A DNA stretch of 31,708 nt from a virus (Duplodnaviria; Caudoviricetes), in IMG/VR virus record IMGVR_UViG_3300046005_001686, positions 1-31,708 of that record; one strand, written 5' to 3'. A program made the position numbers and the translations under genes. The notes beneath the pieces were generated by a model. That model ran no database searches, was not told the DNA's origin, and saw nothing but the letters and a program-made list of their open reading frames with translations. Shown piece after piece: positions 1 to 7,162 of the stretch (position 1 is the first letter of the stretch; the number at the start of each line of letters is the position of its first letter).

Positions 1-102
1 GACGGGTTGAGGTATTGGGCGCGGCGGAACGTGAAGCCGAGGGCGTTGAATGCAGGGCGGCGGGTGAGCAGTCGGGTGGTTAAAAAATTGAGGAGATACT
101 AA
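1..102 (+). CDS. Partial ORF, probable C-terminus of terminase large subunit
   Basis: Frame 1 reads DGLRYWARRNVKPRALNAGRRVSSRVVKKLRRY*. D-x-LRY is typical of the TerL nuclease C-terminus. Lies upstream of the portal; TAATG overlap with the next gene. Confidence 0.55.
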   Translation, partial: DGLRYWARRNVKPRALNAGRRVSSRVVKKLRRY

Positions 103-617
103 TGCACAATTCAAGCGTGTTTATTCATTTGAAGCCGACGGCGAACGAGCTACGGCAGGCGTTTATGGAGCAGGTTGAGGCCGGTACGATCAAACATCTG
201 CCTGAATGGTTGAGGACGCTTCCGGGCTGGATGAGTTATTTAAACCCGAAACCCAAAGCTCCGCGCGCGATCGCGTTTTGTCCGGTGGTGATTGAGGTCG
301 ATGGGCGATATCCGGCGGTGATTTACCTGACGAACTGGCGAGAATGCGGGAAGAGCGTGCAGGTTCATTTTGCGGCGCATGCTCATTACCGTCCAAAGAC
401 TGTGTTTTCTTCGTCCAAGCTAGCTCTAGACATGATTTTGAACAGCAAGGAGGTGGATTTGCTGGAGGTTTGCTGCGAGGGAAACAATCAGGTTGCCGAG
501 AAAATGGCGCGATCGATGGGGTTTGTTGAGGTGGTTCGGGTTGGCGGGTGCGTATATAGCCTGAAAACCAACAAAGGGTATATTTATGGGAAAACCAAAA
601 CCAGAAAAATCTGCTGA
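102..617 (+). CDS. GNAT-like N-acetyltransferase (phage)
   Basis: C-terminal GNNQVAEKMARSMGFVEV resembles GNAT motif B (N..A.k...+GF). SD GAGGAG upstream. GNATs are common next to podovirus portal genes. Confidence 0.6.
   Translation: MHNSSVFIHLKPTANELRQAFMEQVEAGTIKHLPEWLRTLPGWMSYLNPKPKAPRAIAFCPVVIEVDGRYPAVIYLTNWRECGKSVQVHFAAHAHYRPKTVFSSSKLALDMILNSKEVDLLEVCCEGNNQVAEKMARSMGFVEVVRVGGCVYSLKTNKGYIYGKTKTRKIC
546..559 (+). promoter_or_regulatory. Putative late promoter motif copy 1 (GGGTGCGTATATAG)
   Basis: Identical 14-mer at 4126..4139 and 11-mer core at 20046..20056, each just upstream of a late gene. Confidence 0.65.
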
Positions 618-789
618 TCCTGAAAAGGCTGCGGCGCCGGTTACTCCGGAGAATGCCGAAGTGCAGGCTGCCGGTGAGGCAGAACGTCGCAGGTTGCAAC
701 AGCAAAATGGGCGGCAAACTACCTATCAGGTTAATCCGATTGCCGGCGGGCAGTTTGCTAACATGCGGAAAAAACGGACGGGCGACTAA
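586..789 (+). CDS. Small basic protein preceding portal (positional analogue of T7 gp7.3)
   Basis: 67 aa, MGKPKP start, Pro/Ala then charged helix, typical pre-portal position. Confidence 0.6.
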   Translation: MGKPKPEKSADPEKAAAPVTPENAEVQAAGEAERRRLQQQNGRQTTYQVNPIAGGQFANMRKKRTGD

Positions 790-793
790 AAAA

Positions 794-819
794 AGGCTTT
801 AGACCTTAGGCTTTAGGCT
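794..819 (+). repeat. Heptamer tandem array (AGGCTTT AGACCTT AGGCTTT AGGCT)
   Basis: Read directly; the same unit recurs at 23776..23803 and 26922..26949. Confidence 0.8.
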
Positions 820-826
820 GGTCTGA

Positions 827-2491
827 ATGAATAATATGGCAAAAACGATTGCAGAGAAAATTCTCCGGACGCGCGATACGCTGAAAGGCCAGCGGGCAAC
901 GTATAAAAACGTGTGTGATGAGGCTTGCCGGCTGTTTAATCCCGAACTGGAGGATCTGCTTGAAGCGCCTGCAGGCTCGGAGGTTCTTCAGCCGATCATT
1001 TCAACGGGCATTCTGGCGCAGGAGCGGATGGTGTCCGGGCTGTTTTCCAACACCATGAGCATGGGCCGCGGGAACATCATCGATCAAGACCAGAAGAAAA
1101 TGAAGCAGTCCGAGGTGGCGCGGTTTTATACGGCGCTCAGCAAGGCGACGCACCGAAGGATTCAGCAAAGCCCATTTCCTGAAGCATACAACGAAATGTT
1201 GTCCGGCTTTGGTGTGCGTGGTGAAGGGGTGTTTTATGTCGATTTTAACGAGAAAACTTCACAGCACGAGTTTCTGGTGTATCCCAGCACGAAGGTTTTT
1301 CCGGTGCGTAATGCGCGCGCGGAGCTGATTGAGGTTTATCGGGAATATGAACTGACGGCGGTTGAGGCGGTTGATGAGTTCGGGCTGGAGGAAGTTCCTC
1401 AGGTGATTCAGACGGCCTACAAAAACGAAAAGCACGAAGAAAAATTCAAGTTTGTGCATGTTTTACGGCGGCGCAAAGTACGCAACAGCAAGAGGCTGGA
1501 CAGCAAAAACATGCCGTATGAAAGCATCCACGTTGAAGAATCAACCCGGTCGAAGGTGAAAGAGTCCGGGACAAAGCGGATGCGGTATCTGGTGCCACGC
1601 TTTTACGTGCGCGACGGGGAGCCGTTCGGGCGGTCTCCGGCCATGAAGGCTCTGCCGGTGGCCCGTACGCTGATGAAGGTTGTTTCGGATCACATGGACG
1701 GGGTTGAGCTGGGGATTGCTCCGCCAATTTTTCTGCCGGATAGGGACGCGGTAGAGTCTGCGGTGCTGGAAGCGTTCGGGGTGAACTACTGCGACACCAG
1801 CAAGGGGCAGATTTTCACGTACACCGGCAACGGCAATCTGCAACTGAGTGCGGATTTCATCACTTGGCTGACGGATGAGGTGAATAAGCTGCATTACGTG
1901 GATCTGTTCACGATGCTGGAGCAGATTAAAAACAGCGCCAAGACGGCGTTTGAGGTTTCTCAACTGATCGCGGAACGGATACAGGCGATCAGCCCGGTAA
2001 TTAATCGGCTTGGGAATGGGTTCTTTTCGCCGCTGTACGAACTGGTTGCGGAAGACATTCTTGAATATGACCTGCTTGGTGAAGAAATTCCGGCAGCTCT
2101 GGGTGGCAGTGAGTTCTCCGTGCAGTACACCAGCCGTCTGGATGTGCAGTTGGCCGATCTGGAGATCTCCAGTCTGGCGCAGGCGGTTATGCAGGCGGCG
2201 GAGTTGATCGCGGCCATTAAACAGAATCCCTGGCTGGATGCTGTTGTTAAGACCTACGAAACAATCAAAAAGATTTTTGCGGCAAAAAACGTGGATGTGG
2301 AGCTGTTGTTTACTGAGCAGCAGTTCAAAGACAACATCAAAAAATATATGGACGCGCAGGCGTCGGCGGCTCAGCAACGGCAGCTTGGAAGCATGGTGCA
2401 TCCGATTGATGCGCAGCGGGCACCGGAAGAGGGCAGTCCGCTTGAAGCCGGCGTGGCGGCGATGGAAAGCGCTCAAGGGGTGGCAATATAA
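827..2491 (+). CDS. Portal / head-to-tail connector (T7 gp8 / BPP-1-like)
   Basis: 554 aa; motifs PRFYVRDGEPFGRSPAMKALP, KTAFEVSQLIAER and YTSRL match the head-tail connector family. Start may be 836. Confidence 0.92.
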   Translation: MNNMAKTIAEKILRTRDTLKGQRATYKNVCDEACRLFNPELEDLLEAPAGSEVLQPIISTGILAQERMVSGLFSNTMSMGRGNIIDQDQKKMKQSEVARFYTALSKATHRRIQQSPFPEAYNEMLSGFGVRGEGVFYVDFNEKTSQHEFLVYPSTKVFPVRNARAELIEVYREYELTAVEAVDEFGLEEVPQVIQTAYKNEKHEEKFKFVHVLRRRKVRNSKRLDSKNMPYESIHVEESTRSKVKESGTKRMRYLVPRFYVRDGEPFGRSPAMKALPVARTLMKVVSDHMDGVELGIAPPIFLPDRDAVESAVLEAFGVNYCDTSKGQIFTYTGNGNLQLSADFITWLTDEVNKLHYVDLFTMLEQIKNSAKTAFEVSQLIAERIQAISPVINRLGNGFFSPLYELVAEDILEYDLLGEEIPAALGGSEFSVQYTSRLDVQLADLEISSLAQAVMQAAELIAAIKQNPWLDAVVKTYETIKKIFAAKNVDVELLFTEQQFKDNIKKYMDAQASAAQQRQLGSMVHPIDAQRAPEEGSPLEAGVAAMESAQGVAI

Positions 2492-2754
2492 TGGTTAAAC
2501 CAAGCAAAACGCGGCGGGCAGTGGCCGATGGGGAGCGGCGCAAGCGGGCGGCGCGGTTTAGGAAGGTGTTCGGCACGTCGGATGGAAAGCAGGTTCTTGA
2601 AGATATGGTTTCCAAGTCCGGGATGAACGGGCCGCTGTTTGCGACGGATCAGCGGGTGCAGGATGCGAATGTTGCCCGGAATGATTTCATGGTGTGGGTT
2701 ATCGAACAAATCAACTGGAAGCCCGTAGAGGGCAAGGAGGATACAAGTGAGTAA
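2491..2754 (+). CDS. Bbp19-like small phage protein
   Basis: FRKVFGTSDGKQVLEDM motif and position directly after the portal as in BPP-1-like phages. Confidence 0.7.
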   Translation: MVKPSKTRRAVADGERRKRAARFRKVFGTSDGKQVLEDMVSKSGMNGPLFATDQRVQDANVARNDFMVWVIEQINWKPVEGKEDTSE

Positions 2755-3142
2755 AATTACAAGCGCGCTGCTGCTGGGCGGCAAGGTGGATGTAAAAAAA
2801 GTGACAGTCGAAGAGCTGGACGCTTTTGTAGCTGATGAAAATCTAGTAGTTCCCGTGTCTGGAAAAAAGGCTGATATTCTGAACGCCATTTGCGACGCGC
2901 TGGAAGCTCGCGGCGACGTGGCTCCTGAATCGGATGAAGGTTTCAAAACACCTGCTACGGATGAGCCTGCTGGTGAACTCGGTGAACCGGCCGTTAGCGG
3001 ATCGAACTATCTCAAACGTCGTGCCGGCAAGATTAAGGCCGGACGCAACGAACTCGGTCAGATTCCATCTGACTTGAAAGAGCAGGCCAGAAAAAGCTCT
3101 TACATTGCCCGTCGTTTCAAGAAAATGAATCCGAAAGGCTAA
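2747..3142 (+). CDS. Hypothetical protein with HeH/LEM (Rho-N-like) motif
   Basis: KVTVEELDAFVADENLVVPVSGKKADILNAI fits the TVxEL...KKxDI helix-extension-helix pattern. SD AAGGAGG, GTG start. Confidence 0.55.
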   Translation: MSKITSALLLGGKVDVKKVTVEELDAFVADENLVVPVSGKKADILNAICDALEARGDVAPESDEGFKTPATDEPAGELGEPAVSGSNYLKRRAGKIKAGRNELGQIPSDLKEQARKSSYIARRFKKMNPKG

Positions 3143-3145
3143 GGC

Positions 3146-4111
3146 ATGTTGAAATTAATTCTTTGGCTGTTTTTCCCGTTGCTTCCGATGGTCCGGTATA
3201 TTGACAGCGGCGGTGACGGCGGCGGCGGTGACGGCGCTGACGGGGACGGGGGCTCCGGCGGCGGTGACGGCGGAGGATATGGTGACGGTGGATCTCGCAG
3301 TATTGAAATTCCTCCCGATGGTGGACGGACAAAGACTCCAGCCGGCGGCGGTGATAAGCCGTGGTTTGAGTCGGCCGGGGTTGATCCGGCTATCCTGACC
3401 GACAAGGACAAGGAGTATAAAACCATTGGTGACTATGTGAAGGGGGCGCAAAGTGCCCGGCAGCTTGCCGCGTCAAAGGGGATTCCTTTGCCACCTAAAG
3501 ATGCCACACCGGAACAGAAAGCAGCGTTTCAGGCCGAAGTGATGAAGCATTTTCCCGATCTGCCGGTGGCACCGGAAAGCGCCGATAAATATGAAATCCC
3601 GATGTTCAAGGACTCCGGACTTCCGGAGCCGCGGCAAAAGGCAATCACCAGCGCGTTTCATAAGGCCGGATTAAGCAACAAGCATGCGCAGGCGGTGATG
3701 GATATCTATGCGGATCAGGTTTCGCAGGATATGGCTGATGCGCAGGCGGTGATTGCAACCCAGCGAGCATCCACGGATGCCGAGTTAAAAACCGAATGGG
3801 GGGCCGAGTTTGCGGATCGCCAGGCGGGGATTGACCGCATTGGCGAAAAATATCCGGAACTTTTTTCCGTGATGAAGTCGGTCGGGATCGATGCGCGGAA
3901 GGACTTCCGCGTCATGATGGACGAAGTGGCGCGGAGCATCAGTGAAGATCATCCGGGCGGAAGTGGCAAGGAGTCGGCGGACGCTATTGAAACGCAGATC
4001 ACCGAGCTGCGGACAAAGATCAAGGGCACCGAAAACTCACTGGAGCGGAAGAAGCTGATCAAGCAGGAATCGGAATTGTATAAAAAACGCGATGCGCTGC
4101 GGAAAAAATAA
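3146..4111 (+). CDS. Capsid assembly scaffolding protein with hydrophobic N-terminal leader
   Basis: Directly upstream of the capsid gene; Gly/Asp low-complexity N-terminus; motifs APESADKYEIP, HKAGLSNKHA and LKTEWGAEF typical of this scaffold family. Confidence 0.85.
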   Translation: MLKLILWLFFPLLPMVRYIDSGGDGGGGDGADGDGGSGGGDGGGYGDGGSRSIEIPPDGGRTKTPAGGGDKPWFESAGVDPAILTDKDKEYKTIGDYVKGAQSARQLAASKGIPLPPKDATPEQKAAFQAEVMKHFPDLPVAPESADKYEIPMFKDSGLPEPRQKAITSAFHKAGLSNKHAQAVMDIYADQVSQDMADAQAVIATQRASTDAELKTEWGAEFADRQAGIDRIGEKYPELFSVMKSVGIDARKDFRVMMDEVARSISEDHPGGSGKESADAIETQITELRTKIKGTENSLERKKLIKQESELYKKRDALRKK

Positions 4112-4125
4112 ATCTGGGTAAAACT

Positions 4126-4139
4126 GGGTGCGTATATAG
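4126..4139 (+). promoter_or_regulatory. Putative late promoter motif copy 2 (GGGTGCGTATATAG)
   Basis: Exact repeat of 546..559, intergenic, upstream of the capsid gene. Confidence 0.7.
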
Positions 4140-4169
4140 GGGCGAGGGAATACCTCGCCCTTTTTCTTT
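4140..4169 (+). terminator. Intrinsic terminator-like hairpin after the scaffold gene
   Basis: GGGCGAGG-GAATA-CCTCGCCC perfect 8-bp stem followed by TTTTTCTTT. Confidence 0.6.
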
Positions 4170-4272
4170 GGGCTGAGCCCCTCCATCCGCGTGGATCGCG
4201 GCGGGTGGCGGCGCAACCGCAAGCAAGCCCCCTTCTTCGGAGGAACACGGTGAGCGAATGGTGAGAAATCAC
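4170..4272 (+). ncRNA. Putative structured RNA leader of the major capsid gene
   Basis: GC-rich intergenic stretch with several hairpins: CCGCG-TGGAT-CGCGG, GCGG-CGCAA-CCGC, CTTC-TTCG-GAGG (cUUCGg loop), GTGA-GAAA-TCAC (GNRA loop). Confidence 0.5.
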
Positions 4273-4310
4273 GGTTTGTTAACTGAAATGTAAAAACGAA
4301 GGAGAAGAAG

Positions 4311-5366
4311 ATGAAAATCATGTTTATTGGAAATCCAGTCTTGGCATTGCTGAGCTGGTTGCTTGCTCCGGCGGTGCGTTTTGCGTCGCAGGATACTCAC
4401 ATGTTCGAGCAGTTTACGGCCAACGTAAAAGACCTGCTGGGAGAACATCCGTCCCACTCTATTCTCGCGCACATGTGCGAAGAAGAAGCGGGCTCCGGCA
4501 AAGGCGTCTGGATTAACGGGATCAGTGCTGCGGACAGCGACGATGCAGTCAGCAAAGCATTGACGGCCAAAGACACGGTGAAGGAATACCAGCAGCTGGC
4601 CGCTGAAAGCCAAACCTGGGACAACTTCAAAAAGACCATTACTCCGTTTAACGATGTAATGAAGATGGTCAGCTGGTCCGCTCCGCGTCTGGTTGAGTGG
4701 GGGCACTCGTTTGACGAAGACGAAGAATGGCAGCATCTGGCCGATCCGAAGGGTTCAACGGTTAACGTCGGTATCCGTAAAATCTTCAAAGAACGCGATG
4801 AGCTGTTCCTTGCCGGTGCTACGGCCGCAACCGTCAGCCGCAAATCCAGCGACAATGAAACTTTGCACTCGGTTTCTCTGCCGGCGTCTCAAACTCTGGA
4901 TGACATGACGTATGCGGATATTAATGTCGACAGTCTGCCGAGCATGATCTGCGAAAAGTTTGACAATGTCTGGTATGCCAAGGGCAGCCCGATCTATTGC
5001 GCAATTTCCGCAACGATGGCGCGGCATTTCCGCAAGAACAGCCGCAGCCAGATTCATAACACCGACTTCGTGCGGAGTTATGAGCATTTCATGCAGGGAA
5101 CGATCCCGGACATCGACGGTGTAACCTTCATTGTCCTGCCGAAATCTATGATGGCCTCCATCACCGGTGAAGGCGCGGAAGACTCCTATGTGGCATGGGT
5201 TCCCCAGGCTATCAAACGGGTCATGTACAGCGGGTTCAAGACCTCGACCTCTACTCAAGGGTTGCTGCGTGATACGCAGTTGGTTTACATGCGCGAAAAA
5301 GAAGACTTCAAGCGCATCGACGACCTCGGTGTAGTCGTTGGCGATATCGTCGCCGCGGCGCAATAA
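4311..5366 (+). CDS. Major capsid protein
   Basis: 351 aa after the scaffold; SD AAGGAG; FEQFTANVKDLL N-terminal and KRIDDLGVVV C-terminal patterns resemble BPP-1-like capsids; followed by a hairpin. Confidence 0.85.
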   Translation: MKIMFIGNPVLALLSWLLAPAVRFASQDTHMFEQFTANVKDLLGEHPSHSILAHMCEEEAGSGKGVWINGISAADSDDAVSKALTAKDTVKEYQQLAAESQTWDNFKKTITPFNDVMKMVSWSAPRLVEWGHSFDEDEEWQHLADPKGSTVNVGIRKIFKERDELFLAGATAATVSRKSSDNETLHSVSLPASQTLDDMTYADINVDSLPSMICEKFDNVWYAKGSPIYCAISATMARHFRKNSRSQIHNTDFVRSYEHFMQGTIPDIDGVTFIVLPKSMMASITGEGAEDSYVAWVPQAIKRVMYSGFKTSTSTQGLLRDTQLVYMREKEDFKRIDDLGVVVGDIVAAAQ

Positions 5367-5372
5367 CGGACG

Positions 5373-5394
5373 GCCCCGGTCGTAAGGCCGGGGC
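5373..5394 (+). terminator. Hairpin after the capsid gene (weak terminator or mRNA stabiliser)
   Basis: GCCCCGGTC-GTAA-GGCCGGGGC stem with GNRA loop and only a poor U-tract. Confidence 0.55.
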
Positions 5395-5429
5395 TTCCAT
5401 TGTTTGGAATAAAAACGAAAGGAATTGAG

Positions 5430-5855
5430 ATGAAAAAAGCAGTGATTATTATGGCGGTGCTCGCGGGATTGGCGCTGGGTGTGCAGGCTGAGAAGTATGT
5501 TACGGTGGGCGTTGCTCCCGGAACGAATAACGTGGCAACCATTACGCAAAGCTTCGCGGCGGTAGCCATTCCGGTGGCGATCTACACGGACCTGAACGGA
5601 ACGACCACGAACGCGGTAACAATCGGTTTTACGCCTTCGGTTGCTACGAATGCGGCTGATTATGGCAAAACCTACCGGATCGGCTCGTTTTCGACGGTTG
5701 GCGGAGCGGAAGCCACGGTGGTACTGAACGACCCTCTGAATACCAATTCAGCGGGCACGGTTATCATGAATCGCGGCGATGTTCTGCCGCTTACCGGCGC
5801 CGGTGGAACGGCGAGCACAAACGTGTTTTATCGGGTTGTGTTTAAGTTGCCTTGA
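5430..5855 (+). CDS. Signal-peptide-bearing beta-rich protein in the capsid-decoration position
   Basis: ATG at 5430 with SD AAAGGA; MKKAVIIMAVLAGLALGVQA|EK has n/h/c regions and a V-x-A cleavage site. Confidence 0.8.
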   Translation: MKKAVIIMAVLAGLALGVQAEKYVTVGVAPGTNNVATITQSFAAVAIPVAIYTDLNGTTTNAVTIGFTPSVATNAADYGKTYRIGSFSTVGGAEATVVLNDPLNTNSAGTVIMNRGDVLPLTGAGGTASTNVFYRVVFKLP

Positions 5856-5877
5856 GCGTTTCGCATGTGATGAAACC

Positions 5878-5910
5878 AAGGCGGAGCGGGTAAGTCCGTT
5901 CCGCCTTTTT
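5878..5910 (+). terminator. Intrinsic terminator ending the capsid/decoration transcript
   Basis: AAGGCGGAGCGG-GTAAGT-CCGTTCCGCCTT followed by a T run. Confidence 0.75.
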
Positions 5911-5926
5911 ACTAAAGAGGTCGATT

Positions 5927-7162
5927 ATGCCGGTACACGCGAGTTTTGTTGATACGCTGGAGCAGGTGGCTAACTTGGCTTTGGGGAAAGTTGGCGAAAA
6001 TAAGCGCCTGACAAACCTCGAAACGGATACCGGCAATCATGCGGATGTGGTTCGGCTGTTTATAAGCCAGGTGATCCGCGAAGTGCAGAGTGAGTTTCGC
6101 TGGTCGGAAGTGACCAAATCGGTGGAGCTGGAGAGCCCGATCGCTGAGAATGATGATACCTACCAGTACACGCTGCCGAGTGATTATCTGCGGCCGGCGA
6201 GCAACCGGGATCAGGACTATGTGATAGAAAACGGCTATTTATTCACGGCCGTGGCCAAAAACTTCCCATTTCGGTACATCCGCTATTCGGAGTATCCAGA
6301 GGAATGGAGCGGGCTGATGGTCAAGTGCGTGTATTTCCGGCTGGCGCTGGAAATCTGTATGCCGCTGACGGAGAACGCGCAGAAGTACAACAGCCTGCTT
6401 GAAGAGTATGAGAAGGTGGTTTTCCCGCGCGCAAAAATGGTGGGGAGCTTTGACACAGAGAATCCGCGTCCACGCATTGCGCGGGGCCGGTACAGCCGGA
6501 CGCGCGGCGGAGTTGGGGGTGCGCTTGCCGGTGCGTTTAACCGGGTTATAGGGGTGATTGCTCCGGGGCATAATCATGATGTGGATTACAGCTCAATCGA
6601 TCATCTGCACACGGGGGTTTATGCACTGATCGATCATCTGCACACGGGGGTTTATGCACTGATAGATCATCTGCACACGGGGGTTTATGCACTGATCGAT
6701 CATCTGCATGACGCGCGGTATTCACTTCTTGGTCATAATCATGCGGAGAGTTATGAGGCGCTTGGAACTGTTGGGGCGTTCACTGTTTGGACGCCGACTG
6801 TTTCACAGGGAGGCTCAACTAATATTGGAAAAACGGTTAATTACGCGAAGTATGTGAAAATCGGCAATCAGATTCACGCTCGGCTTTCGTGTACCGTAAC
6901 GGGCACCGGAACAGGAGCCAATGCCATTGTAATTTCAGGACTTCCTGCAATGGCGTTTTATGCCAGTGAGATTGCCATTGGTTCTGGACTCATTGTTGAT
7001 GCCGGTACGTCAAATTATCCGGGCGTCGTAATACCGGAATCCGCAACATCTGTGAAAATTTATGCACAGCAGGCGACATCAACAGCGATTGGTCAGAATC
7101 CGAACTTTGCATTGGCAAACACAGACCGAATCAGTTTTAGCATCAGTTACGAGGCGGCATAG
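5927..7162 (+). CDS. Tail tubular protein A (adaptor) fused to an HxH-repeat fibre and tip domain
   Basis: N-terminal ~190 aa: VANLALGKVGE, YQYTLPSDYLRP, RLALEICMPLT (tubular A family). C-terminal half: six HxH repeats plus a WTPT...YVKIGNQI...ISGLP fibre-tip-like domain. Confidence 0.8.
   Translation: MPVHASFVDTLEQVANLALGKVGENKRLTNLETDTGNHADVVRLFISQVIREVQSEFRWSEVTKSVELESPIAENDDTYQYTLPSDYLRPASNRDQDYVIENGYLFTAVAKNFPFRYIRYSEYPEEWSGLMVKCVYFRLALEICMPLTENAQKYNSLLEEYEKVVFPRAKMVGSFDTENPRPRIARGRYSRTRGGVGGALAGAFNRVIGVIAPGHNHDVDYSSIDHLHTGVYALIDHLHTGVYALIDHLHTGVYALIDHLHDARYSLLGHNHAESYEALGTVGAFTVWTPTVSQGGSTNIGKTVNYAKYVKIGNQIHARLSCTVTGTGTGANAIVISGLPAMAFYASEIAIGSGLIVDAGTSNYPGVVIPESATSVKIYAQQATSTAIGQNPNFALANTDRISFSISYEAA
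6596..6709 (+). repeat. 33-bp in-frame tandem repeat (3 full units plus 1 partial) encoding IDHLHTGVYAL
   Basis: ATCGATCATCTGCACACGGGGGTTTATGCACTG at 6596, 6629 and 6662 (one synonymous change), partial at 6695. Confidence 0.95.

Noticed and set aside
1541-2476. Long minus-strand ORFs (for example 1541..2476, 22879..23727, 12654..13427)
   Set aside because: Antisense shadows of well-supported + strand genes in GC-rich DNA, with no motifs or SD
3205-3292. GGCGGCGGTGAC-type repeats as a regulatory or mobile repeat
   Set aside because: Explained by the Gly/Asp low-complexity linker common at scaffold N-termini
5340-5430. T7 10A/10B-type frameshift or readthrough joining capsid to the next ORF
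   Set aside because: No slippery heptamer at the capsid 3' end; the downstream gene has its own SD and signal peptide
6596-6709. CRISPR array
   Set aside because: 33-bp units are contiguous with no spacers, in frame within a CDS, and no cas genes are present
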